Origin: a virus
IMG/VR virus record: IMGVR_UViG_3300010334_000030
Coordinates: 32,001-96,000 of that record
Length of the DNA stretch: 64,000 bases
Reading direction: 5' to 3' (one strand)
The notes under the pieces are model-generated. The model was not told the DNA's origin and made no database searches. It was given only the letters and a program-made list of their open reading frames with translations. The position numbers were made by a program, and so were the translations under genes. This document shows, piece after piece, positions 1 to 12,637 of this stretch. The first letter of the stretch is position 1. Each line of letters opens with the position of its first letter.

Positions 1-1944
1 TTGTGTATTTGATGAAACTGTTGTTGTTGTAACCAAAGTCTGTATGTTTAGGGTGTCACCTGCTGAAAAAGCAGCTGAAGATATAGCCGATGAAGAATAC
101 ACAACTATACCTGAAGAAGATTGATAAGTGTTAGAACTAAATTTATAAAATGTGCTTAATGCCGCTGATATATCCGATAACAAATAGGTGTGAACTATCC
201 CACTTGAGCCAATTGTTAATATTTTAGCATCTGAGGTTGCACCAGTAAGACCAGTTATTTTAATAGGGTCTGAGGTATCTGAAACAGATAATTTACCGTT
301 TACATTTAATTTATAGCCAGAATCAGTTGTTGTTCCTATAAGTACATTTCCAGATGGGTTTATTCTTAGTCTCTCTGTGCCGTTAGTGTTTACCACAAAA
401 GTTCCATCAATACCAGCGTCACCTATCCAGCCATCAGTATCAGTGTTCCAATAAAGGGAATTGGCTCTAAGTGATCCACCAAAAGTACCCCCCGCAAGAG
501 TGTTAAATCCACCTAGTCCATCTATCTGAAATCTTATTTCATTTAATTGATTATTTACACCCCTTATAAAGGTTCCGCCTACTCCGCCATTCTGATTTAC
601 CAGTAATAAAACTCCCTCATTATTGCCAGTATCTCTAGTGTTTTGTATTTTAGAAACAAACCCTTTATATGCAGTAGGACCAGCATATCCAGGGTTAAGA
701 TAAGTCCCAGTAGTTCCTGTACCCCCTATAACATCAAAGAAGCTGGAAGGTCCAGTAGTTCCTATAGCAGCTTGAATTCCATTATCATAGATTACGGAGT
801 TATCTAAATCTACCGAGGATTTCCATCTAGCTAAGTATCCAGTTGCTCCAGATCCGCCTACGGTTCCAGAGGCACCTTTTGGTCCGGTGGCTCCAATTGC
901 CCCTGTAGATCCAATTGGTCCAACTGGACCAGCACTTACTGGATTAACCCATTGAGAACTGTTCCCGTCATCTATCCAAACATATTCTACGCCGCTTGAA
1001 AGATCATACCATCTTTCACCAGAGGTTGAACCAGTTGGCGCAGAGGAAGCTCCTTGAACATAGTACTTTCCTGAACCTGCAGGACCAGTTGATCCGGTAG
1101 AGCCAGTAGCACCTGTTGATCCAGTTGCTCCCGATGATCCAGTTGCTCCCGTAGCCCCGGTAGAACCTGCTGTTCCGGTTGATCCTGTAGAGCCATTAGA
1201 TCCAGTAGGACCTGTAGATCCAGTAGCTCCAGTAGCTCCTGTCCCAGTTGGTCCAATCTGAATGTACATAACCTGTTGAACTGTTAATATAATAGACGGA
1301 ATAGCCGGAATTGCTGGTGGACCTGTCTGTGGTACTTTTGCTAATATCCTCATATTGGCATCATCGCTGTGCCAATATAATTCTAGATATTCGTTAGGTC
1401 CAGTGGAGCTATAGAAAAAATTCCATGCGGGTATGGCTTTAGCGTCATTTCCAGATAGTGTTATCTGACTATTTGTATAAGGAACATTTTGTCCATTTGC
1501 GGAAAGCCAGATATCTGCAACATCATCACCGGAATCAGTTTTATCGAATTGTGCGGAGAATTGTATATTATATGTTCCCGGATTGGCTAGGGTTATTCTG
1601 GAAGCTGTGGCCCCTGTACCCCCTGTAGCTGTTAGAACGGAAACCCCATTCGCCCCCGCAGTGGTGTTAAAGGTCATCACATTCGCTCCAGTAGAACCTT
1701 TTACATTTGTTTGTGTGGTGGTGTCATAAAAAGATCCATAGTAGCCAATAGACCCAACACCAGGGGATCCGGTAGGACCAGTTGCACCGGCTGAGCCAGT
1801 TGCACCGATTGGTCCAGTTGCACCGCCTCCACCACTACCAGCAGTAAAATCCCACTGATAACCATTCCAAACCCAGATAACATCTTGTCCGGTTTCACGG
1901 TTTATAAAAACTTGTCCAACACGGGGATTTTGAGGATATATCAT
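1..1944 (-). CDS. Collagen-like tail fibre/adhesin protein (3' partial, runs off the window)
   Basis: Not in the ORF track. Manual translation from ATG at 1944 ([13 protein letters not shown]...) stays open to position 1. Contains G-x-T collagen blocks, a BclA/C1q-like domain ([10 protein letters not shown]...[11 protein letters not shown]) and a fibre segment ([27 protein letters not shown]). Confidence 0.8.
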   Translation of the reverse strand, partial: MIYPQNPRVGQVFINRETGQDVIWVWNGYQWDFTAGSGGGGATGPIGATGSAGATGPTGSPGVGSIGYYGSFYDTTTQTNVKGSTGANVMTFNTTAGANGVSVLTATGGTGATASRITLANPGTYNIQFSAQFDKTDSGDDVADIWLSANGQNVPYTNSQITLSGNDAKAIPAWNFFYSSTGPNEYLELYWHSDDANMRILAKVPQTGPPAIPAIPSIILTVQQVMYIQIGPTGTGATGATGSTGPTGSNGSTGSTGTAGSTGATGATGSSGATGSTGATGSTGSTGPAGSGKYYVQGASSAPTGSTSGERWYDLSSGVEYVWIDDGNSSQWVNPVSAGPVGPIGSTGAIGATGPKGASGTVGGSGATGYLARWKSSVDLDNSVIYDNGIQAAIGTTGPSSFFDVIGGTGTTGTYLNPGYAGPTAYKGFVSKIQNTRDTGNNEGVLLLVNQNGGVGGTFIRGVNNQLNEIRFQIDGLGGFNTLAGGTFGGSLRANSLYWNTDTDGWIGDAGIDGTFVVNTNGTERLRINPSGNVLIGTTTDSGYKLNVNGKLSVSDTSDPIKITGLTGATSDAKILTIGSSGIVHTYLLSDISAALSTFYKFSSNTYQSSSGIVVYSSSAISSAAFSAGDTLNIQTLVTTTTVSSNTQ

Positions 1945-1950
1945 CGATTT

Positions 1951-1958
1951 TATATATC
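1951..1958 (-). promoter_or_regulatory. GATATATA putative late-promoter motif
   Basis: Intergenic, 6 nt upstream of ATG at 1944; recurrent motif. Confidence 0.6.
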
Positions 1959-1961
1959 GAA

Positions 1962-2408
1962 TTATTCAAAAGGAGATGATTTAACATCAACACTAACTTT
2001 GATGTTCTTTTTAGCTATTCCAGACGGTCTAGAAAGATCAACAGCAATCTCGTCCCTATTCTGTCTGAGAGGTTTCATCTCTATATTAACATTGATTCCA
2101 AACTGATTTAATGTGCTCTTGATATGGTGAGCAGTAACCTTTATTTCTTTGTTGACCTCTTTTGTTTTCTCTAGATCGTTAACTCTAATAACGATTTTCC
2201 TGAACTGGTCAACAACTTTGCGATCTACCTTGTTTTCTAACCACTTCCAAGGCTCCTCGTCAGGGATAAATCCACCAGCACCTCCTACCGCATTACCAAT
2301 CTCAACGAGAATATAAACTTCGCTCCAAACGAAGTCTATAGTTCCTGGTGGTCCCCCGCTCCAGTAAACTCTAGGATCACTCCATGGTAGGTATATCTTT
2401 TCTGACAT
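1962..2408 (-). CDS. Hypothetical protein
   Basis: 148-aa ORF packed between neighbours; no recognised motif. Confidence 0.65.
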   Translation of the reverse strand: MSEKIYLPWSDPRVYWSGGPPGTIDFVWSEVYILVEIGNAVGGAGGFIPDEEPWKWLENKVDRKVVDQFRKIVIRVNDLEKTKEVNKEIKVTAHHIKSTLNQFGINVNIEMKPLRQNRDEIAVDLSRPSGIAKKNIKVSVDVKSSPFE

Positions 2409-2421
2409 CTATTAAAAAATT

Positions 2422-5400
2422 TTATCCAACACCACCTGCTCCCAAAAGAGATTGTGAACTAGGTGCAGCTGTAGCTATAAATCCTGTGCTTGATCCTATT
2501 GAACTATTAGCTCCTATATACCAGGTGTTTGTTGCAGGACTTGGTGTTAAAACACCTAAAGTGATATAATCACAATAACAAACTATTCCTTTTCCAATTT
2601 TTGCTAATATTGGAGTTGGTGCAGCTGGTCTATTCATAGTTATTAAATTTCCAGCACTTCCTCTAACATTAAATTTATAAAAACTTTGTGTACTTGAAGA
2701 TGCAAAAGTTATTGTATGAGCTGCTGTAGATGTATTATCTATAAAGTTTGCAAATGTATTATTACCGGATATAGTTGTTGCAGCTGTGGAAGATCCTTTT
2801 GCAAGTTCTACTGTATAATAGGTTAATCCACCTCCTGCAAATGTGCAAGCTGTGACTGAGGTGTTAGTCATTACTATTCTACTTTGCTGAGCATTGAAAG
2901 TAAGACTTGTTGCTAAAACATTCCAAATTGTACCTGTACCTGTAAGTGTCCATGTTCCCCATCCCATATTAATAGTTCTCGTATTAGCAACTGATGATGC
3001 AAACGATCCGCATGTTATATTAGCCCCGTTATTAACATTAATTGTTCCTGCTGTAAGTGTAAATGCACTTGATGAGCCTATAGATAAATTAGCATTTACA
3101 CTTAAAGTTCCCAATGTTACAGTTAAAGTTCCTGTTATAGTTAATGTCCCTGAATTTTGAACAGTCGTGGTAGCAGAATTTATAATGATACCTGTGCCAA
3201 GAGTTATAGTTAACCCGTTAGATGTTATTGTTTGCGTAACGGATGTTCCTAAAAAAGTTAATAATCCTCCTGATACTGATGTTGCTGTTGAAGATAGGGT
3301 AAGATCCCCATAAAAAGAAGCACTACTTAAACTAATAATTCCTGAAAATCCTGTGAAGTTTACTGTTTTATAGTTTGCAGTAGATATGGCTACAGTATCA
3401 GAACCGTTAGTTACATTAACATTTATGGCATTAGCTTCTGCTACAAGACCACTAGATATCGTTCTAGTTGCTGCACTTCCTGAGTAAGTAAGGTTAATAG
3501 TAGGATTTGTGCCCGATATAGTTAATCCTGTTGTTGTCCCGGTGTTCCAAATTGTTTGCCCACTCCCCGTAATATTAACTGTCGATGTTCCAAAATTTAT
3601 TGTTCTAGCACTAGAAGTACTAGAACTAAATACAAATATATTATGAGTATAGCTACCAAAATTCAATGTTCCTGCTGTTAAGATAAGTTGGGATGCATTA
3701 ATTGTAGAGTTTGCATTAAAATTAGTCGACCCACAACTGGTTATTGTTACCGTAGCATTAGTGGTAAACACATCAACAAAAGTGAAAGTTCCAGTAAGAG
3801 CACCAGATGAACTTAGTGTGTCATTTAATGTAACTGTTCCTGTAACAAGACTTTTGCCTGCAAGGGTTATCCTTGAGTTACTTGCTAATGCATATCCTGA
3901 TCCTCTAAATGTAAATGAAGGCGTAGCTATTGGGGTTGCCATTGTAGAGACAAAAGTAAGATCGCCATCTATAGTTAAAGTATTACCAGCTGCATTATTT
4001 AAAACTACATTTGTTCCTCCACTGAATATGAGTTCAGCCATATTACCGGTAGTGAAAGAAACTGTAGCTCCCCCTGTATTTGTTACATAAACTCTAGGAT
4101 CCCCGGTAGTAGCCACAGCAAGTGTTATTGCTCCCGCTCCAGTTCCCCCAAGTTCACAATATCCGCTTCCTGGATAAACCACAGTATTGAATGTCAGGGT
4201 TCTAGATGCTACTTGTCCGCCCCAGACGTATATCGAAGCTATACCCCAGTTTAAATTTGTAGTTGTTGTTGCTGTTATTAGTGTACCAGATCCAGTTAAA
4301 TATAGATCAGAGCCATTTCCAAATGTTCTAACTGCTGTGCCTGACGTCGACACGTTACCTATAAAGGATGTGGTTTGAGGAGAAAAATATCCAGCAGTTA
4401 AAGTTAAGGTTCCTGATAAATAAAAAGTGTCATTCACAATAAGTCCAAAACTGGGCGTGCCAGGTTGGCTTATTGTTATATTTCCTGTTAGGGTTTTACC
4501 GTTAAACGTAAAATAAACATAACCAGCTGTTCCCGGATTAGATATGGTTATAGGAGGGGATGCTGTTATGGTCATAGCTGTGCTGAGAGTTAAAGCCCCG
4601 GCATCGGTGCTAAAGGTGACAGCATTTGCAGCACTATTTAGATTAACATTGGAATTTACTACACCCGGTCCTGGATATACATCAGTAAAAAGTAAATAAT
4701 AAAAATTACTAACACCAAAACTAACACTAGCTCCACCCGTGTTTAAAATGGAAAAATAGTAGAGGTTACCTGTTATTGTATAAGATCCAGTTCCGCTTCC
4801 TGTTATGTACATACCATTTTGGGGAATTGATGCTACAGCTAGGGTTTGTGTTATGGTCTTAGCTGACGATGTTGCATCATTAAACTCATAGTATGTGAAA
4901 TTAGTTAATGAACAGTTAGTACCAGTAACATTCCAGATTGTACCAATTCCGGTAATGGAAAATGTTTGTCCATTTCCAAATAAACTCCTAACAAGAGATC
5001 CGGTTGATACAAATAAACCAACAGAAAATCCATAGTATGGCTGAAGGTTTCCTTGGGTTAGGGTTAATGTTGAAGTCGATAGGGTTATAAAATCATCATT
5101 GGTGTACCAGTTAGATCCTGATCCGCTAAAGGTAACGTTCCCTTGAATAATCTTTCCGCTAGTGTAGATATTCCCCGTTACACTGGTTCCTGCAAAAGTG
5201 ATTGTACCATTATAGGTAAGAGTCATCCCTGGGGAAAACACCAAAGACTGAAGGCTTACATCGGCCCCATTAATCGCTAATGTAAAAGTGGTTCCGGATA
5301 GAGTTCCGGTATACCCTGTCATTACAAGGCTTTTACATGTAGCATTAACTGATATAGTGCAGTTACCATTATATGTGTTATTGAATATAACATCATCAGC

Positions 5401-5490
5401 AGCAAGAGGCACAGCAGCAGGAGACCAGTTTGCAGCTGTTCCCCAGTTAGCTCCTGTAGCACCTGCGTATATCCAAGTCTTAGTTGCCAT
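2422..5490 (-). CDS. Large beta-helix/autotransporter-passenger-like repeat protein, probable virion fibre or adhesin
   Basis: 1022 aa, T/G/S/N-rich; N-terminal WGTAANWS...ADDVIFN; about four imperfect repeats of LTLT(A/Q)G...S...(V/A/T)R(T/S). Confidence 0.65.
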   Translation of the reverse strand: MATKTWIYAGATGANWGTAANWSPAAVPLAADDVIFNNTYNGNCTISVNATCKSLVMTGYTGTLSGTTFTLAINGADVSLQSLVFSPGMTLTYNGTITFAGTSVTGNIYTSGKIIQGNVTFSGSGSNWYTNDDFITLSTSTLTLTQGNLQPYYGFSVGLFVSTGSLVRSLFGNGQTFSITGIGTIWNVTGTNCSLTNFTYYEFNDATSSAKTITQTLAVASIPQNGMYITGSGTGSYTITGNLYYFSILNTGGASVSFGVSNFYYLLFTDVYPGPGVVNSNVNLNSAANAVTFSTDAGALTLSTAMTITASPPITISNPGTAGYVYFTFNGKTLTGNITISQPGTPSFGLIVNDTFYLSGTLTLTAGYFSPQTTSFIGNVSTSGTAVRTFGNGSDLYLTGSGTLITATTTTNLNWGIASIYVWGGQVASRTLTFNTVVYPGSGYCELGGTGAGAITLAVATTGDPRVYVTNTGGATVSFTTGNMAELIFSGGTNVVLNNAAGNTLTIDGDLTFVSTMATPIATPSFTFRGSGYALASNSRITLAGKSLVTGTVTLNDTLSSSGALTGTFTFVDVFTTNATVTITSCGSTNFNANSTINASQLILTAGTLNFGSYTHNIFVFSSSTSSARTINFGTSTVNITGSGQTIWNTGTTTGLTISGTNPTINLTYSGSAATRTISSGLVAEANAINVNVTNGSDTVAISTANYKTVNFTGFSGIISLSSASFYGDLTLSSTATSVSGGLLTFLGTSVTQTITSNGLTITLGTGIIINSATTTVQNSGTLTITGTLTVTLGTLSVNANLSIGSSSAFTLTAGTINVNNGANITCGSFASSVANTRTINMGWGTWTLTGTGTIWNVLATSLTFNAQQSRIVMTNTSVTACTFAGGGLTYYTVELAKGSSTAATTISGNNTFANFIDNTSTAAHTITFASSSTQSFYKFNVRGSAGNLITMNRPAAPTPILAKIGKGIVCYCDYITLGVLTPSPATNTWYIGANSSIGSSTGFIATAAPSSQSLLGAGGVG

Positions 5491-5741
5491 TATACTATAG
5501 CTTCAGTAAGATTTAATTGTTGAAGCACATAGTCTTTCACAACGGTATCATCTACCCCCCATTGATCGATAACCGATTGGGGCAAGACCATGGTTCCCTC
5601 TTTAGAAATGCCATTACCACTCACTGTCCAAAGAATCGTAATTTCAGTAGGAAATAGTGAAAATGGATTTACTATTATTTCTAATTGATCAACTAATTGT
5701 GTTAAAGGAAGTTGAACATAACTTGTAGGTGTAATTTGCAT
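5490..5741 (-). CDS. Small fibre-associated protein
   Basis: Likely start MQITPTSY at 5741, which removes the overlap with the upstream gene; C-terminal WGVDD..V..YVL.QL motif. Confidence 0.55.
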   Translation of the reverse strand: MQITPTSYVQLPLTQLVDQLEIIVNPFSLFPTEITILWTVSGNGISKEGTMVLPQSVIDQWGVDDTVVKDYVLQQLNLTEAIV

Positions 5742-5751
5742 ATTGATTGAT

Positions 5752-6465
5752 TTATTTATAATAAATGTTAATAATAAGATCATTAATACCAACTGATGTA
5801 GTACCAGTATCTGTCAAATCAGTAACTGTGGAGATTCCTATTCCGTTACTAAAGTCTATACCATTAGGAAAACTTACGTTAGTTGCAGCAAGACCTGGAA
5901 TAACTATAGCTGAATGCAATGCTGTTGTATTTAATACCGGTGGATTTGCAGCAGAATTGTAGAAGTTTACTTTTCTAGATGAAGCATTAGAATTGTATAT
6001 GTACCATCCTGTTACTTTTCTTTGCCCTGATACTATAAGTTGAGCATTAGTTCCAGTTGCAGAGACGAAGTGAAATGTACTATCTCCACCAGTAGCCGAA
6101 GAAGCTAATGCTACATATAAAGGATTAGTGGAACCTACTGCTGTACCGCCTTGATAATTCTCAGCCTGCGTTTTAAGGTTTGTAGCAGTACTTTGAACCA
6201 CTGTGGCATTCAAGTTGGCTGCTGTGGCTTGGGATGCTATAAAAGAAGTGTTTGTAATAGATCCAATAGCATTTGTTCCAGCGCTCAGACCAACAGTCCA
6301 GGAGCCAGATTGAGTAGAGGCAAAGGATGTATTACTTATTGATCCTGATATATTGGCAGACACAGTTCCTGTAACTGTGATAGCTGATTGATCGTTAGCT
6401 ATGACTACCGGTGCTGAATTTGCACTAGATGTTTGACCGTTGGGATTATTTGGATTGTATGCCAT
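5752..6465 (-). CDS. Putative virion structural protein
   Basis: 237 aa; N-terminal GQTSSANSAPVVIANDQ, beta-rich C-terminal domain (GWYIYN...FPNGIDFSNGI). Confidence 0.6.
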   Translation of the reverse strand: MAYNPNNPNGQTSSANSAPVVIANDQSAITVTGTVSANISGSISNTSFASTQSGSWTVGLSAGTNAIGSITNTSFIASQATAANLNATVVQSTATNLKTQAENYQGGTAVGSTNPLYVALASSATGGDSTFHFVSATGTNAQLIVSGQRKVTGWYIYNSNASSRKVNFYNSAANPPVLNTTALHSAIVIPGLAATNVSFPNGIDFSNGIGISTVTDLTDTGTTSVGINDLIINIYYK

Positions 6466-6469
6466 GATT

Positions 6470-6477
6470 TATATATT
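6470..6477 (-). promoter_or_regulatory. AATATATA putative late-promoter motif
   Basis: Intergenic, immediately upstream of ATG at 6465. Confidence 0.5.
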
Positions 6478-6480
6478 TGA

Positions 6481-8154
<1,674 letters not shown>

Positions 8155-8198
8155 TTATGAGTTTCTTTTTTCACTGTCCAAAAGAGAACCTTTGCCCT

Positions 8199-9545
8199 TT
8201 ATATATTAAAGTTTGCTGCTATTCTAATACCATACTGACTATTTTTCGATTCTAAGCTTGGCACCATATCGTCGTAGTGGTAATAAACTCTCCATGCTCC
8301 ATTAGGGTTAGGTTCTTCCCCTCCATTTGTTTCGCTTGAAGTCCAGTAATAATAATATGGATTATACGCATCACCAATTGCATCTAGCCTTTTATTAAAA
8401 AAATCTTTATGGTCACTTATATAAGTGTGATAAGAAAGAGTTGGCAAAAATGCATCCGGATATCCTGCAAGGTTTCCATAAGCTCTAGCAGCCCATGCAG
8501 CAGTTGCTTCATAGTTAGGATATCCTGATGAGTATGCAATAATAGTATCGGTATTACTCTTACCTGCTGTTATGTCATTAGATGTACCCAATTCTATCAA
8601 AGGAGCTTCTGGCTGTGTCCAGTCCATATTACCAGCATCGGAAGACCAGCCTAAATCAACTATTCCATCGGCATGACCATTTTGGAGATTATTTATCGTT
8701 ATGATAGTACCGCCACCGTAAGACTGTCCAACAAATAGAGGATTATTTTTTTTATATCTCACAGCAAACTTACTGTACATGTAGGCTACTTCTTGCGCTG
8801 ACAATACTCTGTTATACATCATTGCTATAGACATCATTCCGTACATGTAGTTGTGATTTTCAAAAACCTCTAGAAAATCACCTATTTTAACTATTTGATC
8901 ATTTTCAGTGCCGTATAGAGGGGTGGTATCATCATAATTAGATGCCTCTAAAATACCATCTATATAAAGACTCCATCCAGCATCTACAGACCAGGTAACG
9001 CAAACAAAATACCACGTGCCAGGAAGTATTGGATGATTTTTATCTCTATCTGTTTTAACACCTCCTCCTCCGTTATTATTTGCCCATATGTTTGCGCCAT
9101 CATACCATAGCCTATGTGGGGATCCTGCATTTGTAATAGTACCACTAAGAATGTCTTGTATGAAAGATTGGCCATAGTTAGGTCCTGAGTTATAACCTAT
9201 ACTATTAAAATTAACCCAAACACATTTGCTATAACTTGTGTTTGGAAACTCGACGCCAGTAATAGGGGCTGGCCGATCTCCTTCAAATGTTAAAGCCCCA
9301 ATACTTTTCTTTCCATTGTCCGCGTAACCCCAAGTGTCCATCCCAGCTGAAACGTTAAAAGCAGTGTTTCTTCCCCGTCCGCTTAAATCATACCACTCAT
9401 GTGTGGTAATAGAAGAATCAGTCCATGAATAGGGGTTTCCTGCATCAAGGTATAAGATTAGCCCATCCGTTATAGGATCTATTTGGTTAGCCCCAACGGT
9501 AACTCTGCCAGTAAGATTAGCGCTGCCTGCAATGTTTACACTCAT
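8199..9545 (-). CDS. LamG/concanavalin-A-like domain protein with DUF1566-like (C-type lectin fold) C-terminus
   Basis: [11 protein letters not shown]...WYDLSG and WYFVCVTW...LYIDG...[10 protein letters not shown] (LamG); VGQSYGGG...GKSNT...FLPT...YWTSSE...AW. Likely start at 9545 (ATGA overlap with upstream stop). Confidence 0.75.
   Translation of the reverse strand: MSVNIAGSANLTGRVTVGANQIDPITDGLILYLDAGNPYSWTDSSITTHEWYDLSGRGRNTAFNVSAGMDTWGYADNGKKSIGALTFEGDRPAPITGVEFPNTSYSKCVWVNFNSIGYNSGPNYGQSFIQDILSGTITNAGSPHRLWYDGANIWANNNGGGGVKTDRDKNHPILPGTWYFVCVTWSVDAGWSLYIDGILEASNYDDTTPLYGTENDQIVKIGDFLEVFENHNYMYGMMSIAMMYNRVLSAQEVAYMYSKFAVRYKKNNPLFVGQSYGGGTIITINNLQNGHADGIVDLGWSSDAGNMDWTQPEAPLIELGTSNDITAGKSNTDTIIAYSSGYPNYEATAAWAARAYGNLAGYPDAFLPTLSYHTYISDHKDFFNKRLDAIGDAYNPYYYYWTSSETNGGEEPNPNGAWRVYYHYDDMVPSLESKNSQYGIRIAANFNI
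8200..8207 (-). promoter_or_regulatory. AATATATA putative late-promoter motif
   Basis: Overlaps the stop of the upstream gene, about 45 nt before ATG at 8154. Confidence 0.45.
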
Positions 9546-10693
9546 ATAAGTCTTGCTCCAATTTTTATTATCCAATCACTGGTACCTGTTACATTCGAAT
9601 ATAATGAAATGCCAGTGCCACCGTTATTTACCACAGTAAAAGAAACTTCAGACGTTCCTGTTGTTCCTGCTGCATCCGGCGTGGATGTGTCAGTCCACCT
9701 TACGTCTCCTGCCGCATTCCAAGCAGCCATCACTGTTCCTGCTCTAAAACTTGACATTTCATCATCTATATGATAGTCAAAATAAGCCGCATGATAATTT
9801 CCAGAAGATATATCAAAACCTATTAGTAGAGACGGGGAAATAGCAGTATTAACAAGTGATGTAATAGTATTAATATAATATGTCCCATTAGAATTAACTG
9901 CAAATGCAGGATTGCCTTGTATTTGGCCAACAGAGAGGATATTCCCATTAGTCCCTGTATCTCCAGTTAATGTAAACACAGTTCCAGAAGCTCCAATCAC
10001 ATTGACTATATCCCCCGATGTTCCGCCAGCAGCACCAATCTCCAGAAGAGTGCCGTCAAATGTCATATTGGCCTCTGCATTGGCAGCATTAGTAGTCCCA
10101 TCGGATGTTAAAATCCGGGTTGCACCTGGATTAGAGATTGTATCAAATCCAGGACCTTGTGGTCCTGTCTCCCCTGTTGATCCAGTAGCTCCAGTTGATC
10201 CTGCAGTTCCGGTAGCTCCTGTAGCTCCTGTAGCTCCAGTTGATCCAGTTGATCCAGTTGATCCAGTAGCTCCAGTTGATCCAGTTGATCCAGTTGATCC
10301 TGTAGCTCCAGTTGATCCAGTTGATCCAGTTGATCCAGTAGCTCCAGTTGATCCTGCAGTTCCGGTAGCTCCTGTTGATCCTGCAGTTCCGGTAGCTCCT
10401 GTAGCTCCAGTTGATCCAGTTGATCCGGTAGAACCTGTTGATCCTGTTGATCCTGTTGATCCAGTTGATCCAGTTGATCCAGTAGCTCCTGTAGGACCTA
10501 TAGGACCTCCTGCAGGGCCAGTTGGACCTATTGGTCCAGTAGGACCCGTGCCACCTCCACCTCCGCCGGAAATCGTTATCTCATCGCCCAGACCATTGTA
10601 AAAATTACCAAATCCATCAGTCTGTAAAACGTTCTGAAATGTGAATGAGATCTTTTGGTCGGTGAGGTTATAATTTGGATTATTACCTGACAT
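9542..10693 (-). CDS. Collagen-like fibre protein
   Basis: Long G-(S/A)-T triplet run plus C-terminal beta domain (AAYFDYHI...[10 protein letters not shown]). Confidence 0.8.
   Translation of the reverse strand: MSGNNPNYNLTDQKISFTFQNVLQTDGFGNFYNGLGDEITISGGGGGGTGPTGPIGPTGPAGGPIGPTGATGSTGSTGSTGSTGSTGSTGSTGSTGATGATGTAGSTGATGTAGSTGATGSTGSTGSTGATGSTGSTGSTGATGSTGSTGSTGATGATGATGTAGSTGATGSTGETGPQGPGFDTISNPGATRILTSDGTTNAANAEANMTFDGTLLEIGAAGGTSGDIVNVIGASGTVFTLTGDTGTNGNILSVGQIQGNPAFAVNSNGTYYINTITSLVNTAISPSLLIGFDISSGNYHAAYFDYHIDDEMSSFRAGTVMAAWNAAGDVRWTDTSTPDAAGTTGTSEVSFTVVNNGGTGISLYSNVTGTSDWIIKIGARLI
10150..10550. repeat. 9-bp-period tandem repeat encoding collagen G-x-T triplets
   Basis: Arrays of gatccagtt / gctcctgta units. 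Confidence 0.9.
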
Positions 10694-10694
10694 C

Positions 10695-11522
10695 TTATCT
10701 TCTGCTTAAAGATGGTGATTGAATTGAAACCCTTTTGTAAGTACCGACTCTGAATGGACTTTCCCAGGGGATAAAAACAACATCATCTACTATTATTTCT
10801 AAAAAAGCTGTTCCTGTTGTTCCTTCTGGAAGCACAGTTAATTTCTTTAATGGAACTTGACAAGTTCCATCTTTTCTTATAGAACCATCAAATGTTAAGT
10901 TCCAAACATCTGTCTTTAAAAATAATCTAGCTTTGTTGCTTTCCTGACTTCCCCCTTCGATGTTAACTTTACATTCAAATGTTTCATCAGAATCTCTATG
11001 AAAAATATACTCTTTTCTTCTTATAATTGGGCCTAAAGATTCAGGCTCATCATATCTTGTTGTATTGCGAACTGGTTCGCTTTCTTCATATCTTGGAGTT
11101 TCCCTGGGTCCTTCATTAACTGAAGATTTAGCGGGGATTGAAGAAAATTCAGATTCACTTTCCATAAGAAGAGCTTCCTGGAAAGGACTAAGTTTTCTAG
11201 TCTCGCTAATAGGTTTCTTTTTCTTGATTGGAGGAGCCTGTGGTTTTTTCTTTTGAGGGATCCTCTCAGAAATGTCTTGAGACTTCGTTTCTTTTAGAAC
11301 CTCATTTATATTTTCTAAAGTAGAATCTATAGAAGGGTGAACAGGGATTTCCCGTTTTTCCTGTATTGGTTCTGGTGCAGGTGCTGGGATTTGCTTAGGT
11401 GCCGAATTTTCGATGAAACGGGATCCAAGTGTGGATCTAATAAGTCCCTCTACAGAATTGTGACTTTGCACGTTTCTGTTGCCCATTCCTAAATTTTTGA
11501 TATATCCTCCTATTACGCTCAT
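10695..11522 (-). CDS. Hypothetical protein: charged, disordered N-half and compact beta-rich C-terminal domain
   Basis: 275-aa ORF with several I/L/V-x-E sites; tightly packed with neighbours. Confidence 0.6.
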   Translation of the reverse strand: MSVIGGYIKNLGMGNRNVQSHNSVEGLIRSTLGSRFIENSAPKQIPAPAPEPIQEKREIPVHPSIDSTLENINEVLKETKSQDISERIPQKKKPQAPPIKKKKPISETRKLSPFQEALLMESESEFSSIPAKSSVNEGPRETPRYEESEPVRNTTRYDEPESLGPIIRRKEYIFHRDSDETFECKVNIEGGSQESNKARLFLKTDVWNLTFDGSIRKDGTCQVPLKKLTVLPEGTTGTAFLEIIVDDVVFIPWESPFRVGTYKRVSIQSPSLSRR

Positions 11523-11524
11523 AA

Positions 11525-11893
11525 TTATCTATTGGAAGACCAGTCTCTGTAGTCTTTTAAATTTTGAAGATTCTTCTTTCCCTTTCTTCTTTGCTTAGAA
11601 TCCGGGTCTAAAAATGGAACTATTTTTCCAGGACCATGGGGTTTAAAAATAGGCATGGTCTTTGATGGAATTGGTTCCAAGCTCATTGGCAAATCTTTGA
11701 TCTGTTTTTCATCAACCAATCCCTTATGCTTTGTAGAAGCAAAATCCTTCAGCTGCTTCTTTGTCATCTTTTTAGACAAAGCAACGATCTCATCCCTATA
11801 TTTTGGATTAAGATCAGATGGTTGAATATCCCCGGTTTTTATACCGTAGGCAAGTCCCATTAGTCTCTGTTGTGATTTTGTAACTGCTGGCAT
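11525..11893 (-). CDS. DUF3008-like protein
   Basis: MPAVTKSQQRLMG...MTKKQLKDFASTKHKGL resembles the DUF3008 pattern; start at 11893 fits the upstream motif. Confidence 0.65.
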   Translation of the reverse strand: MPAVTKSQQRLMGLAYGIKTGDIQPSDLNPKYRDEIVALSKKMTKKQLKDFASTKHKGLVDEKQIKDLPMSLEPIPSKTMPIFKPHGPGKIVPFLDPDSKQRRKGKKNLQNLKDYRDWSSNR

Positions 11894-11907
11894 AGTTTTC
11901 TTTCTTG

Positions 11908-11915
11908 TATATATC
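11908..11915 (-). promoter_or_regulatory. GATATATA putative late-promoter motif
   Basis: Directly after a terminator, 14 nt upstream of ATG at 11893. Confidence 0.6.
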
Positions 11916-11917
11916 AT

Positions 11918-11948
11918 AAAAAAAGACCTAAAGATATAGGTCTTTTTT
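11918..11948 (-). terminator. Intrinsic terminator
   Basis: Minus strand GACCTA-TATCTT-TAGGTC followed by a T run; A/T flanks could make it bidirectional. Confidence 0.6.
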
Positions 11949-12170
11949 CTTTTTTTTCCATTCAGAATCGCTAATAGGTTTAGAAGAAAGACCCCAGTTT
12001 TTATCGGGATCTATAATTTTCTTCTTATTTTTATGCCAATCATTGAAAGTCCAGACGAATCTATTGTAGGCTTTTCCTACTGTTTTAAATCCGGTATCCC
12101 CTGGTTGGATAGCAATTGGGGATTGTGGTGGTGCATATGATCCAATTTCTGCACTTTTAGTTTTGGACAT
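11928..12170 (-). CDS. Hypothetical basic protein
   Basis: 80-aa ORF overlapping the upstream gene by 14 nt. Confidence 0.55.
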   Translation of the reverse strand: MSKTKSAEIGSYAPPQSPIAIQPGDTGFKTVGKAYNRFVWTFNDWHKNKKKIIDPDKNWGLSSKPISDSEWKKKKKDLYL

Positions 12171-12381
12171 CTTCGTTGCTGATGACAGCCTCTATTTTTG
12201 TTTTTGAGATGTTAGTGGTCTCAAATCCACCCACTGTACCATCAAGATACTTGGCCACTTTGGTTTCCACCTCTATGACAGATTCTCCCGATACAAGGAA
12301 TTCGATCTTTTTGAAAACCGGATCTCCGTTTTGTTTAACATCACCAGTCTCGAAATTTACTTTTACTAAGTAGTAACTCAT
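12157..12381 (-). CDS. DUF4494-like small protein
   Basis: YLVKVNFE...NG...KKIEFLVSGESVIEVETKV resembles the Bacteroidota DUF4494 pattern. Confidence 0.5.
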   Translation of the reverse strand: MSYYLVKVNFETGDVKQNGDPVFKKIEFLVSGESVIEVETKVAKYLDGTVGGFETTNISKTKIEAVISNEDVQN

Positions 12382-12404
12382 TTAATTTAGGTTTTAAAGG
12401 TTTA

Positions 12405-12584
12405 TTAATTTACTTTCTTTTTAGCATCTTGAACTTCAACTCTTAAATCTTGAGCCATTTTCTTAAGATCTTGCATGGCTTGTCTAACCCTGGTTCCTGC
12501 TGAAGAATTACCTTTTTCAAAAACCTTAGTGATGTCTGGTTTTAAGCTCTCCAGCAGAGCCTGCATTTTTTCAAACGTTTCCAT
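12405..12584 (-). CDS. Histone H1-like Hc1-family small protein (Bacteroidota type)
   Basis: 59 aa, below the ORF-track cutoff: METFEKMQALLESLKPDITKVFEKGNSSAGTRVRQAMQDLKKMAQDLRVEVQDAKKKVN; the KGN.SAGTRVR..MQ.LK..AQ..R.EVQ signature. Confidence 0.75.
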   Translation of the reverse strand: METFEKMQALLESLKPDITKVFEKGNSSAGTRVRQAMQDLKKMAQDLRVEVQDAKKKVN

Positions 12585-12637
12585 AATTAATTGTTTTTTT
12601 TAATCTATATTATATGTGTCAAAAAACCCTTTGTTTC

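Noticed and set aside
987-1898. Track ORFs 987..1256 and 1701..1898
   Set aside because: Alternate frames within the real 1..1944 collagen gene
10150-10550. Tandem repeats as a possible CRISPR array
   Set aside because: 9-bp period inside a coding frame, no unique spacers, no cas genes
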